A DNA stretch of 64,000 nucleotides from Marsupella aquatica (lineage: Eukaryota > Plantae > Marchantiophyta). A model generated the notes under the pieces. The model was given only the letters and a program-made list of their open reading frames with translations. It had not been told where the DNA came from and ran no database searches. Both the position numbers and the translations under genes were made by a program. How positions within the stretch are numbered: the stretch's first letter is position 1; every line of letters starts with the position of its first letter. This document shows, one piece after another, positions 23,240-35,536 of the stretch. The stretch lies in contig OZ316898.1 of the NCBI GenBank assembly GCA_973895155.1, forward strand, positions 126,751 through 190,750. Direction: 5' to 3'.

Positions 23240-26200
23240 GTACTAGGGAAAATCTGAGAGTTTGCGTAGGCCGATTCCTGTCGAGTGTGCTTTGTGCAGG
23301 ACACGAGGTAAGGGCTTCGTGAATAGATCGGTGCGATTGTCTTTGGAAGGTATCCATTGAACGTTAATCTGATCACCGTGCTGTTCATGTGTATGGAAGA
23401 ATTTAGGTGCTATGTGCTTAATTCGATCTCCCTTGATAAATCCTTTAGCAATTTGGAAGAATTTAGGTGCTATGTGCTTAATTCGATCTCCCTTGATAAA
23501 TCCTTTAGCAATTTGGTCAACGCAGGGTTTGTTATCTTCGTAGATGATTGTTGGTTTGGTGAGGACTTCTTGACCGGTGGATCCGTGGATATGGTTGATA
23601 AGTTGGCGAAGCCATAAGCATTCGTGACTAGCTTCGTATAGGGCGATTATTTCCGCATGGTTGGAGGAAGTTGTTGTCAGTGTTTGCTTAGCACTTTTCC
23701 AGGATATTGCCGTGGATCCTTGCAGGAAGACATAGCCCGTCTAGGACTTGGCATCATCAGGATCGGAGAGGTAACCTGCGTCAGCGAAACCAATCAGTTC
23801 ATTAGGCATATCTGTAGGAAAGTAGAGGCCAGTGTCAATCGTACCTTGGAGGTAGCGCAAAATTCTCTTGATACCGTTCCAATGTCTTATCGTTGGCTGA
23901 GAGCTGTGGCGAGCCAACAAGTTGACAGCGAAGGAGATATCCGGGCGTGTCTGGTTTGCCAGGTACATCAAGGCGCCTATAGCTGAAAGGTAAGGTTTCT
24001 CTGGGCCCAAGATCGGTTCTTGTTCAGTTCTGCGCTTGTACATATCTTTGAATGAATCTAAGGAGCAAAGTTCCATAGGTGTTGTGACAGGGTATGACTT
24101 GTCCATATTAAATTGTTTTAACATCTTCCTGGTATATGTGGATTGGTGAATCAGAACGCCATTCGGTAAGTGTTCGAATTGAATGCCAAGGCAGAAAAGG
24201 GGTGTCCCAATATCCTTCATTGCGAAGATGCCTTTGAGTGTTGTAATTGTTTGTTCCATAAGAAGCTTAGTGCCCATAAGATTTATATCATCTACATAGA
24301 TTGCTATGATAATAAATTCAGTTCCAGCTCGTTTTATGAATAGGCAGGGAGCGATGTCCTCATTCACGAAACCAAGTGCTATCATCTCAGCACGGAAGCA
24401 CTTGTACCAAATACGGCCACTCTGTTTTAAGACATAAATGGATCGAAGAACCTGTACAGCAAATGCTTTCGCTGGTTTTTGAGGTTTAGGTATCCTCTGA
24501 TGAACGAGGTTTACCTCTGTGGGTAAACCCAGGGAATTCAATGAAGAATTCGTTTGATGTTCACCATGAGCAATTTGCTTTTCATCTACGTTCTGATCCT
24601 CTGATAAGTGTTCAGTTATTTGTTCAGGTACCAGTGGGCCTGATTGAACAAGGTAATCCTTAAGTTCCTGGTGTAGGAACAATCTTATCAATACCCGACT
24701 GTATGTCCGGGGATAGGGTAGTTTGATGCTCCCCCTTAATGTGGAAGGTTACTCTTTGAATTAGCTCGGGTGGAGCTTTCATATGGATATCAGTGTCGAG
24801 TATGCCATAAAGGTAAGCGGTAACGACATCCATAAGGTGCATTAGGAGTTTATGTGTGAGAGCGAAGGCAATCAAAAATCTGTAAGTGATAGAGTCCATA
24901 ACCGGGGAATGAGTCAAGTCATAGTCTTTTCCATAGATTTGTGTATAGCCTCTAGCAACAAGTCGGGCTTTATAGCGGACTACTTCGCCTGCTGCATTTC
25001 GTTTACGTACTAGTGTAATTCTGTATCCTGTGAGATGTTGTTCAGCAGGTACAATTTGAATCTGTCCAAATACTTGGCGGCTTATGAGTGAGTCAAGCTT
25101 GGAGTTAATGGCAGAGTCCCATTTAGGCCAATCGGGACGTTGTTGGGCTTCTTTAATATTCCGGGGATCTGGTAAGTCACTGGATATATCTTGGGAGATA
25201 AGAAAGGCAAAATGTTCGTCAGGTTCAGTTATATCTCTAGGCCATAAGTGCCCGGTATGCATGTAATGTATTGATATTTCTTCGTTATCGACCAGTGTAG
25301 TTCCTGGTGAACGTAAGTAGAGCTGTGTTGATATAGGTTTCTTCTGTCGTGATCTGGAGTCTTTGGATCCAGGGGGTCTGCCTCTCTTTGCCTTGGGGGC
25401 ATGGTCTGTGGCTCGGGTATCGGGCATGGAAATTCTGGCAGGGACGTTAGCTGCTTCTATATGGGATTTCGTGGCAGCAGCAGCATCATTAAAGGCGTCT
25501 GGTATTTTTTCCATGATTCGGTGAAGATTCAGGATGCGCTTTACTTTGTCATTTGTGAGTTGTGTACGGGGGTCATTCCAAAATGGGTCCTTAGTTGTCC
25601 ATTCTAACGTAGGGGTTAGAGTGTTCTGTTTGTAGAGTTGTGGAGGGGTAAGGAGTGGGGGAAAAATATCCTCACAGAATTTACAATCCTGGTATCTAGC
25701 TCGGAACACATCAGCTGTAGTTGGTTCGAGGTACCTGACGATTGAAGGAGAGTCGAATCCCAACAGATGCCGCGTTGCCGTTGTGGTCCCATTTTAGTAT
25801 GTTTAGGGCCCAGAATTGGGACGAGAACAAGACAGCCAAACATTTTCAGGTGTGTAACGTCTGGTGTAGATCCATATGCTAGCTGATGTGGTGTGTAAGT
25901 GTTGAAGGCCGATGGTCTGTATCTTAATAATGCGGCACCGTGGAGTACAGCATGTCCCCAAGCTGTAAGTGGCAATTGTGTCTGTAATAATATAGGTCTT
26001 GAGATAAGTTGTATACGTTTGATCATTGATTCTGCAGCGCCATTTTGGAAATGTACATATGGTACCAAGTATTGAATGGTGATACCCAGGGCTTGGCAGA
26101 AATTGTCGAAGGCAGGTGATGTGAATTCACCAGCATTGTTGATTCTTATTGTCTTGATAGCTGAGTCAGGGAATTGAGTTCTTAGGCGTATAATCTGAGT

Positions 26201-27972
26201 TAGTAGGCGAGCAAATACCAGATTTCGGGTGGAGATTAGTGAGACCGAGGACCATTTCGTGGATGAGCATATCATCACTAGAAAGAACCGAAATGGTCCA
26301 CTTAATTGGTGGGTCTATTGGGCCGCAGACATCCACGTTTAGCTGTGAGAGGAAATCAGGTATGTGTAGGTGTTTTTAGTGGTGGCAGGCATTGTAATCA
26401 ATTTGCCTTGTGCACATGGGATGCATGTCTCATGTTTAGATGATGGATGGACTCCTTGGGGAATGCCCGTGGTGTTCTTGAGGATTTTGTGGTACATTCC
26501 TGGGCCAGGGTGGCCAAGGCGGAAGTGCCATAGTTCTGTGGGTGATAAGGGTTGGGCCTGTGAATGATAAGCTGTGATTTTGATGGCGTATACTCCAGGG
26601 GGAAGAAGTGGTGAGGTCTCTAGTATGATTGGGCCAGTATCAGTTTCCTGAAAGATCTGCAAAGCATCTACTTGGTGGTCAGGTGCAGAGCGAATGTGGA
26701 GGTTGTTTTGGCGAATATCGTGGAAGCTGAGTAGATTTCTGGTTGCAAATGGGGCATAGATGGCAGATTGGATTTGAATAATTGTGCCATTCGAGAGGGT
26801 GAGTTCAGCGGGTCCGTGTCCTTCCTCTAATTGGTTTATACCTGTAATGGTGGTCACAGGTCTATTGGATGGGGATATGTACTGAGAGTATTGTTTATCT
26901 TTTAATATTGTGTGAGAGGTGCCACTGTCGAGGATGCAGGTATCGATGTCGGAGGGTGAGTTGGGGTTCTTTCCCTGTAATACCATGTGTATCTCTAGTG
27001 GGGGCGTTGCAAGTGTGTATTGTGAGAGGACTTCATCAATCTCAAGGTGGTTTGCAGCTATGGCCGTGTTCGTGGTTTGCAGAGAGGCCTGGTATAGTTT
27101 GACCAGGTGGGATTGGGCTTTACAGTTCTTTCTGATATGACCAGGTCCGCCGCAACGGAAACACTTAGCCTGATTCTTTGTGGGTGTGATGTGTGCAGGT
27201 ATGTTTTGAGTATAATTTGGCTTGCGTTGCCAAGGATTTGTGGTTGGCTGTGTGGTGCCGTTGTACGTGCGTGCTTGGCGTCTCCAATTAAATCTTTTGA
27301 AGCGGCCCGTATTTCTTCTAAGAGGGCCATTGTTGCCTTTGTAAGAGGGATTACCTCTGTTGGTACTCGTGAATTGGGTTTCAGTCCTGGGTAGCGTACC
27401 TGGTGGTCTTTCTTGGGAGTTCTTAAGGAGAAGGAGATCGTTCTTCTCAGCCAGGAGCATAACTGCAATTAGATCAGAGAATTGGGTGAAGTGGCGTTGT
27501 CGGTAGATCTGTGACAATTGCATATTCATTGCAGAGAATGTGGAGAGTGTTTTTTCGATCTTGGCTGCCTCGTTGATGGGTTCTCCACATGTTGCGAGTT
27601 GAGCAGTTATACGGAAGAGGGCACTGTTGTATTTTGCGATAGTCGGGTAATCTAGGACTCTTAGATGAATCCATTTGTTGCGAGCGGCTGGAAGGGAGAT
27701 TAGGCGGAGGTGATCGAACCTCAATTTTAGAGCATCCCAGAGGGCTCTCGGGTTATACTCTGTGAGGTATTCAAGTTGTAGATCAGCATCTAGGTGATGG
27801 CAGATAATGTACAGGGCCTGGGCCTTCTCCTGTAATGTTCCATAATTGTCCCCAATAAAATATCGCCGAGGCCTTTCATGTTGAGAACGATTTTGGCATT
27901 CTGTGCCCAAGATAAGTAATTCTCGCCGTCTATTACGAGTGACGGGAATTGGAGCTTCTCCAAAGTTGTCAT
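23240..27972 (-). pseudogene. Bianca-like gag-pol with frameshifts and stops
   Basis: Gag GENYLSW...HHLDADLQLEYL...IEKTLSTF; ILDSGTSH; LWHFRLGHPG; YKARLVARG; IYVDDIN; GFADAGYLSDP. Left boundary approximate. Confidence 0.88.
23394..23516. repeat. 60-bp tandem duplication in the Bianca RNase H region
   Basis: Lines 23401 and 23461 repeat the same sequence. Confidence 0.9.
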
Positions 27973-28380
27973 TGTCAGGTTAATTGAAGTCTAGTAGCCC
28001 TGGGGAATTGGTCGTGGTCTGTGTAAATCAGGGTGCGGGCGGTGAAGAATTGTTGATGACAATTGGAAGTTATCAAGGAGAGAAAGAGGAAAAAAAAAAC
28101 AGAAGCTCGAGGAGATTGAAGGGCATAAAACGTGCTAATAACGTGTTAGACGATGGCTATGGTTCATACACCAACAATGCAAGGATAATCTTTTCATGAG
28201 CCAATGTGGCTTATAAGGTGTTACACATTGGATGGTTATAACTACCTTCTCCTAGTCTCATGACTCCCTATATCTAGTCCCTATATACCCCTTTGTATCA
28301 CTCTATGAGTTAGGGTTAAGTGTATTCTAACAGGTTCCTCTATCACTAACTAATTCTAGGGGTGCTCCATACCTGGTGAA

Positions 28381-28769
28381 GGGGTATTTACAAACGACAG
28401 GAAACAGGAAACAGGAAATAGGAAATAGTTACTGGTAACAGGAAATAGTTACTGGTAACAGGAAAGTGGGTGGTAATTTTTTTGGATTTTTTTTTGGATT
28501 TTTTTTGGATTTTTTTTTTTTTGGGGAAAAAAAGTTTTTTTGTTTTGGTTTGTCATCATTATATTGCTAGCGCCCGGAGCTAACAATAGCAGCGCTTGGC
28601 GCTCGGAAAAAAACCCATGATTTTAATTATTTTGAAAAATAAGACTTTAAATGGTACATTTTTAGATCATGTTTTTTACTGGTAACAGTAAAATTTTCCT
28701 GGTAACAGGAAACTTTTTGCTGGTACCAGTAATCCTGTTTTCCTGTTTCCTGTCTCGGTGGTGATGCCC
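28381..28769. mobile_element. Non-autonomous DNA transposon (MITE), probably Mutator-like
   Basis: Splits X2 integrase QIFTR|YGAP; TSD CCTGGTGAA (9 bp, or 8 bp if the element ends at 28770); GGG-starting imperfect TIRs with ACAGGAAA and TTACTGGTAACAG subterminal repeats. Confidence 0.85.
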
Positions 28770-29873
28770 CCTGGTGAAGATCTGCTCATACATAAATTGA
28801 GCTGTAGTAATTGCATCATCCTTCATTGTCGGTCTGGCCTCCACCCACTTAGTTGCATAATCCGTGGCCAGGATTATATACTTGTTTCTCCAAGGATGGG
28901 TTAATGGTTTCAGCGGTCCAATGTAATCAATACCCCACTTCTCAAATGGTGCCAGAGGTAGAATAGGGTGCAGTGGATGTCTTGTAGACGCCCTTGGTCC
29001 TCCTGCTCGCTGACAAGGATCACATTGTTTGATGAACTGATAGACATCCTTGTGCAAGGTGGGCCACCAGTAACCGGCATTTAATATCTTTTTAGACGTG
29101 GTTACTGGAGCAAAATGTCCGCCGGCCTCTTCTCCATGCATAGCCCGTAAGACTCGTTTTACCTCTCTCTTTTCTAAACACCTTTGAATAGTGCCGCTGA
29201 TTCCATACCTGTGTAGTACACCCTTAATGTACTGATACTGTCTGACCTTCCGCAGAAAGACTGCGGCTTGTTCTCGGGTTAGCCCTGGCTGTAATCTGGA
29301 CGTGCTGAGAAATTGCAAAATCTCCGGGTACCATGTATCAGCTATTTCCACAACGAATAGCTCCTTGTCGGGGAATCGATCATCGATGCAATCCGTGGCA
29401 GGTTCACCTATGATCCTTGAAAAGAAGTCGGCATTGGCGTGTAGCTTCCCCGGTTTGATCTTTAGCTCGTAGTCAAACTCCTGTAATAGCAAAATCCATC
29501 TTGCTACCCTGCCTGTAAGGTCCGGCTTATTTACTAGGTACTTCAAACTTTCATGATCGGTATGAAAGATGACCTTGTACCCTAGCAAATAATGCCTAAA
29601 CTTTTTACATGAATAAATGACTCCTAATGCTTCTCTTTCTGTGGTGGAGTAGTTCCGTTCGACATCGGCAAGCTGACGGCTTGCAAAGTATATGGGATGG
29701 TCCCTCCCTTTCTCATCCAACTGACTTAGTACTGAGCCGATATAGAAGCCTGAGACATCTACAAAGACATGAAATTCCTTGTTCCAGTCTGGTGCTATCA
29801 TGACTGGGGCTTCCACTAACTTTTGCTTTAATTCCACCACCGCTGTTACTCTTTCTGGCGTGGGTTCAAAGTT
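28770..29873 (-). pseudogene. X2 RNase H and integrase N-terminal/core part
   Basis: VFVDVSG, HTDHESL, MHGEEAGGH...CDPCQR (HHCC), WGIDYIGP, TDYATKWVEA. Confidence 0.92.
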
Positions 29874-31264
29874 TGTGGTATGGGTGTCCCTGCAATTTTT
29901 TCTGGAAACTTGTTTATTTTTAGCATATCACAAGATTTACTTACACTTTAGACACCTTCCGGCCAACATTTACTTGTTCTGGACACTTATAGAAATATTT
30001 GACATCTCCGGCTTTCCTGACGATTCCTAGTGTACTTTGCCCGACGCTGTGACCAGCGCCCGTTTCTTTTACTCAAGACGCTGCGGAAGTGTCCAACCTC
30101 CTCATGACGCTTTTGGCAGCGCCCGACCGCCACCAAGACTCTATGAGGATTTCGACCGACGTTGTGGAAAGCGTCAGCTTCAACACACGACGCTGTGAGC
30201 AGCGTCCACCCTAGTATTGACGCTGTGAGCAGTGTGAGCAGCGTCCGTTGGTTTTACTTAAGACGCTTCTAGCAGCGTCCAGATTCTCCCGACGCTTCTA
30301 GCAGCGTCCGCTCAACACTTAGTTTTTGAAGTAGATTACTAGTAAAGTAGTATTCTACCACCCTTGTTGAAGTACTTATGCTGTGCTTCTCCCTTGTTTA
30401 GTTTTAAGCTTGGAAAGGCACGACTGTTCTTACCTCCTCCATTTTAGGATTCCAGCACTTATAAGACAGAGTAGAATGCTCATTTGAAGTAGAGAGAAAT
30501 AGAGTTAATACTGTATTCAGAATTGAGTCTTCTGAATAGTTTTCTCCTCCTTCCATTGTAACAAGGCATGCTGTGAGTGTTTTGTATGGAAGTAAAGCTA
30601 TATTGATTGAAGTTAAGATTGAATTCAAGAGATTCCTGTGGTGATTGAATTCAGTTGCAGATTTCTGAAACTCGTATTGAATTCACTGCTAGGCTTGCTT
30701 GCAGAGTCGGGATTCGCTAGCCAATTCAAGAATAGTTAATGATAAATGAGAAGTAAATTCTGATTCTCAGAGTAGTTAGTACTGTTGCTTTGATTCTGGA
30801 ATATGGTTTAGAGTTTGACTGAATTGTGTATCGCTGATGTCAAACCATGTTGACGGCATTTTAAATCATATCATTCATTTGCAATCAGAAAGCTTCTGCT
30901 TCATCAGATTGAGAATTCCATTATCATTAACCTTTGTGTTTTGAAGAGTGAGATGGATGAATTATGAGATAGATTTCATGTCTATACTGAGCCCAAATCC
31001 TTTCTGAAGGAGTGGCAGTAGCAGCTTGTAGTCTCTAAATCCTTACTCATTTCTTCTCTAATTCATAAATCAGAAGTTCAGTTACTTTGTTGTTTGTTTA
31101 TTCGATTTTTTTTATTGAGAAGTGAAGTCAACATAGAGCTCAAGACTCTAAATCACTCGGAGTGATAAAAGTTATACAATTCATTCTGAAATCTGTTCTT
31201 AAAGGGATCGAAACCCTGGTTTTAGGTGAGAAGAGTCACTTTTGATACTTAGCACTATACGACA
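29874..31264 (+). repeat. 5' LTR of Z
   Basis: TGTGGT...ACGACA; direct repeat of 42037-43427. Confidence 0.96.
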
Positions 31265-31270
31265 TCTTTT

Positions 31271-31288
31271 TGGCGCCGCTGCCGGGGA
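31271..31288 (+). promoter_or_regulatory. PBS, tRNA-Asp type
   Basis: TGGCGCCGCTGCCGGGGA, one mismatch to the Athila-type TGGCGCCGTTGCCGGGGA. Confidence 0.85.
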
Positions 31289-32482
31289 ACGAATTTAAGA
31301 TTGAATTGACGTACAGGCAGTGTATGCCAGAAGGAGCTAGACGGGAGAGGAATTCACGTTCTACTATAATTGTGAAGATGCGTCATCACTCCAGTTAAAA
31401 AGATGAAGAGCTTCCATTTCGAGGTGATGCCGTACTCTATCCAAAGCACCCCGGAAGCTCTCTTAAGAGTATTGGAAAAATTTGTGGTGCCAAACTTAAG
31501 AGAAGAAACCGCCCTCCCACCAGAAAAGGCCTCACAGAGAGGAGCTGTTGCTCGTCAAGTTGCTTTGGAGATAGTCGAAGACACCAAAGACACTTTGAGT
31601 GACAAGTGAAGTTATTCTAACGTTGCTCGGGACATATGATTTGTAAAATTGTCCAACCATCCTGGTTCGTGTGACCGATGCCACCTATCCGATCTTTGGG
31701 AACATTAAGAATTAGGAATTTGAGGAATCGTTATGTTAATTCTTGGGTTCTGAGCCTGAGAGGGAGGAATGGCATACATTGGTTAACTATCACCTGGTGG
31801 GAAGATGAAAGTTTGCATTTAGTAATATTAAGGCTGAATGGTAGGATCACACAGGAGAGATATTTAGTCATTTCCATTCGGGAGTTAGCGGAAAGAATCA
31901 TGCACCAGGAATTGCGTAGAAGATTAGGAAGGAGTTAGACGTCTGATTAGTAGGATGGCCTAGTGTAGCGTACCATGTGGTAAAGAAATTTCAGGGTGAA
32001 GGAAGTCGGAGATTATGGGGAACGCCCGGTTCCAGTAATCGCCACCGTAAAGGAGATAAGGAAGGACGCCGCGAAGAGCGTCCAATGCGATTCGTCCCAG
32101 AAGATTCCGCAAGTCAGGACGCTTCGAGTAGCGTCCGATCCCAGTGGACGCTGTGAGCAGCGTCCGGTGGAATCTGTGACGAACCAACGTGCGCGACGCT
32201 TCTGGTGTGCCTTTCCGCGTCTCAACCTGAAGGACGCACCAGAGAAAACGAGGTTTTAGAATCTCGGCTGGTCACTGAAGGGAAGTATTAGCTACGGGAT
32301 AGCAAGGGGGAGGAATCATGCAAGGGATGTTGAACGACGCTACGGGAAGTCACTTTGAGGAAGCAGGTTCATATCTCCCGGAGTGGGGTGATAACGTCGC
32401 ACCTAAATGGTGACTCCTTGCATAAAGACTCCTGAGGAGCGGGTCTGGTGTCTCAAAATCACCCGTGCTTGGAGAATGAGGG

Positions 32483-35400
32483 ATGTCTGAGGGAGATCCA
32501 CCAAATAAAAGAAAACCTACCAAGACCTCCAGTAATTCGGATGCTGCAAAATTAGTAGTGACCCCTCGCACATTGTTACCCGAATTCCAGTCACCAGGAG
32601 CACCTGCACCGGGTAGTGTGTGGAAACAAGTGGGATCTATTCAAGAGGCAAGTGGCTCTTTGGAAAGGCCCACGTCGACCCGACCCCTGTTTGTAAATCT
32701 TCGTTCAGGTCCAAAACTTATTGGTTCTCAAAAGACCAAGCTCCGCCAGCAGACAGTACGTTCGGTGAACCAAATTGACTCTGGTGTGGATAGTACCACT
32801 GAGAGGGCCTTATCTCATACCGAAGGAAGAAATTTGGGTTTGCCCGAGAATACAGTTGCAGAATCGCTGGCCCAAGATAATTCTGTCGATCTTTCACAAT
32901 TGGATAATCCAGAACCACTGAGTGAAGCCGGTGGTTCGTCTTCTAGTGAGACAAGCAGCAGTTCAGGCTTGGGCAGCCCAAACCCATTTGCTACCCGATC
33001 AGCTCTTCCTTTCGTTACCCTCCTAGCTCCAACCACGATGGCTCGAAATAATGTGAGGTACGACCGGTTCTTCGGTACTTCCAAGGAGGATGCAGAGGTG
33101 TATTTGAAAGAATTTGAAGCTGCAGCTGCATCCAATGGACAGAGTCAAGATGCTGAAAAAGCCAATCTGTTTGGTGGTCTAATGAAAAAGGGTGCTCAGA
33201 AATGGTATGACCGTTTTCCGGACAAGCAGGATTGGGGGAAATTGAAGGCTGCTTTCTTGGCCAAATATAAAGAAGAAGGAGCAGCTGCGAGTGCCTTTGC
33301 CCGAATCTCACATCTGCACATGAAGAAACATGGGTCTGTGAGGAAATATGCCGACAAATTATTGGATTTGGTAGATCAATATAATCCAGCTACCTCGAAA
33401 TCTACTATCAAGGACTGGTTTATTAACGGTTTACCCTCCAGGATTGCTCGTTACGTGAGACGAGAAGGTGGCACCACTTTGGAAGAAGTACAAGAGGCAG
33501 CCCAGAAGTACGTAGACTCGGAGATTTCAGAGAGAAAACGAGTTAAGAAGGGCCTGAAGAAAGACAAAAGAAAGAAGAAGAAAACGTCCAGGTCTAAATC
33601 TGACTCGGAGACGGAATCAAGTGAAAGTAGCACTAGTGAGGAGGACGAGAGTACAAATTCGAGCACTAGTGATAGTTCAAGCTCAAGTTCCGACTCAGAA
33701 TCCGTTGCTCCTAAAAAGAAGAAATCCTCTGTAAAAGGGAATAATAAAGTTCCCAACCAGAAGAAGATGGATCGCATGATGGAAGAACTCTCTGGCCAAT
33801 TGTCCAAGTTGAATGTCAATATCGCCGCGGTAAAACCAGTACGAAGGTTGCCTGCTCCCATGAGAATGAACGTATGGTGCACCCGATGCAGTCAGCAGGG
33901 CCATTACCCGAACGAGTGCCCCACATTACGAACCCCGGTGAATTATGTAGATGGTCAAGAAAAGGCTGAGGAGTATGAGTACGATCCCGCGTATACCGTC
34001 CAAACAGCACCCCCTGGACAGTATTTCCCACCACCTCCTGCTTCCAGACCGACTTGGGGACCACCTAAGCCCACTTTCAATAAACCAACGTCAAGACCAC
34101 CCATGGGACCCCCGGGAGGATACCCACCACGAGGAATGCCGCGTCAAAAAGGGGCTTGTTGGAATTGTGGCCAACCTGATCATTATTCACCCCAGTGCCC
34201 TTATCCCAAACAGGAGGTGGGGTATACACCTGTCTGTGGGAACTGTGGAAAAGAAGGACACTTACCGGTGGAATGCCCGAATCCGGCTAAGCCTAGGCTG
34301 ATGGTTCGATTTGCTCAAGAGCCAGTTAAAGAAGCAAGTCGACCTGAAGCCAAGATTCGGATGGTTTATTCTGAAGAGATGGAGCAATGCAGCTTCATTC
34401 AACATATGGATGTAAATCGGGTGGAATTAAAGCCAGATTCACTTTTTCATCAACCAGTATCCGGGGTGGTGCCTGATGTCTTGGTAAGTCATTTAGTGAA
34501 ACCTGAAGTAGTTGGTATGCCGAATGATCGAGTTCAGAATCGGGATAAAGTTCTGACTAATATTTACGCAACTACTCGTTCGAAGAAAAAGGAGACCAAG
34601 AAGCACGAGCATCAGAAGGTCGCGAAAGCTCCCAAGGATGAAGGGCGCAAGCCATGTAAGGAAGGCCTCGACAAAGAAGACGACCCTGCTTATGACCGAT
34701 ATGACCCAAAATACTTCTTGCCCGACATCTCTTTGGAAGTGAAAGACCATCTGGAAGAGCTAGTTAAGGAGCAAGTGCAATCTCCTAACCCACCAGTAGT
34801 AGTCAAAGCTAAAGAGCCACTGAAAAATCCAGGTTATGATATTGTTGAAGATGTCAAGAATCATCCTGCACATATCACCATTGGGGAATTATTACAGGAC
34901 AATCCGGTTTATAGGCGACAGCTGAGGAGCCTCCTTGCAGGAAAACGGAGGAAGAAGAAGTTACCTTCTGTGGATGTGCTACGAACAGAGTGGGAGGACA
35001 AAGGACCGATGGAAATTGAGGTTCAAATCCAGGGGTGTGTCATGCGGAGAGTTCCTGTGGATGGAGGAGCCAGCGTTAATCTGATTACACAGTCAGCAGC
35101 ATTTAATTTGGGTTTCACTAAGTTTGAGCCCACTCCCAAGATTTTGCGCATGGCGGATCAGTCTCGTGTGGTACCCATAGGGAAGCTGACCAAAGTAGAA
35201 ACTTTGATTGCTGGTGTCCCTTTTCTGTTGGATTATGTGGTTATTAATCCGGAAATACCATCCAGCTTTCCTGTTTTGTTAGGCCGACCATGGTTGTATA
35301 AGGCTCAAGTTCAGGTTAATTGGCAATCTCAAGAGCTTTCATTTGGGAAGCCTAAGGTGACTGTTAGTTGGGTTCCGGAACCACATTTTGGAGAAACACA

Positions 35401-35536
35401 AACAGATGATGGGTACACCTCGGATTTTTCGACCTCTTCGCTAGTCCTGCAGCCATTGGAATTTGAACTGGAGGAAGTTCGTTACTTGGAAGTTTATCTG
35501 TCTGATGCTCCCATAAAACCAACTAGGCCCTCCTGA
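32483..35536 (+). CDS. Z Gag-protease
   Basis: Gag core, three CCHC knuckles, VPVDGGASVN...LLGRPWL; the true start may be further downstream. Confidence 0.9.
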   Translation: MSEGDPPNKRKPTKTSSNSDAAKLVVTPRTLLPEFQSPGAPAPGSVWKQVGSIQEASGSLERPTSTRPLFVNLRSGPKLIGSQKTKLRQQTVRSVNQIDSGVDSTTERALSHTEGRNLGLPENTVAESLAQDNSVDLSQLDNPEPLSEAGGSSSSETSSSSGLGSPNPFATRSALPFVTLLAPTTMARNNVRYDRFFGTSKEDAEVYLKEFEAAAASNGQSQDAEKANLFGGLMKKGAQKWYDRFPDKQDWGKLKAAFLAKYKEEGAAASAFARISHLHMKKHGSVRKYADKLLDLVDQYNPATSKSTIKDWFINGLPSRIARYVRREGGTTLEEVQEAAQKYVDSEISERKRVKKGLKKDKRKKKKTSRSKSDSETESSESSTSEEDESTNSSTSDSSSSSSDSESVAPKKKKSSVKGNNKVPNQKKMDRMMEELSGQLSKLNVNIAAVKPVRRLPAPMRMNVWCTRCSQQGHYPNECPTLRTPVNYVDGQEKAEEYEYDPAYTVQTAPPGQYFPPPPASRPTWGPPKPTFNKPTSRPPMGPPGGYPPRGMPRQKGACWNCGQPDHYSPQCPYPKQEVGYTPVCGNCGKEGHLPVECPNPAKPRLMVRFAQEPVKEASRPEAKIRMVYSEEMEQCSFIQHMDVNRVELKPDSLFHQPVSGVVPDVLVSHLVKPEVVGMPNDRVQNRDKVLTNIYATTRSKKKETKKHEHQKVAKAPKDEGRKPCKEGLDKEDDPAYDRYDPKYFLPDISLEVKDHLEELVKEQVQSPNPPVVVKAKEPLKNPGYDIVEDVKNHPAHITIGELLQDNPVYRRQLRSLLAGKRRKKKLPSVDVLRTEWEDKGPMEIEVQIQGCVMRRVPVDGGASVNLITQSAAFNLGFTKFEPTPKILRMADQSRVVPIGKLTKVETLIAGVPFLLDYVVINPEIPSSFPVLLGRPWLYKAQVQVNWQSQELSFGKPKVTVSWVPEPHFGETQTDDGYTSDFSTSSLVLQPLEFELEEVRYLEVYLSDAPIKPTRPS

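Larger units (their letters stand above)
22770..28332 (-). mobile_element. Ty1/copia element, Bianca-like, degenerate
   Basis: LTRs 22770-22963 and 28144-28332 (TGTTAG...CTAACA), TSD GGTTC, PBS CGTTATTAGCACG (Bianca-type half-tRNA PBS) 28131-28143, PPT AAGGGGGAG. Confidence 0.92.

Noticed and set aside
30040-30310. CRISPR-like array
   Set aside because: Repeats are degenerate with short irregular spacers, lie inside eukaryotic LTRs, and no cas genes are present.
30404-30628. 74-aa ORF duplicated at 42567-42791
   Set aside because: Antisense ORF within the Z LTR, duplicated only because the LTR is.
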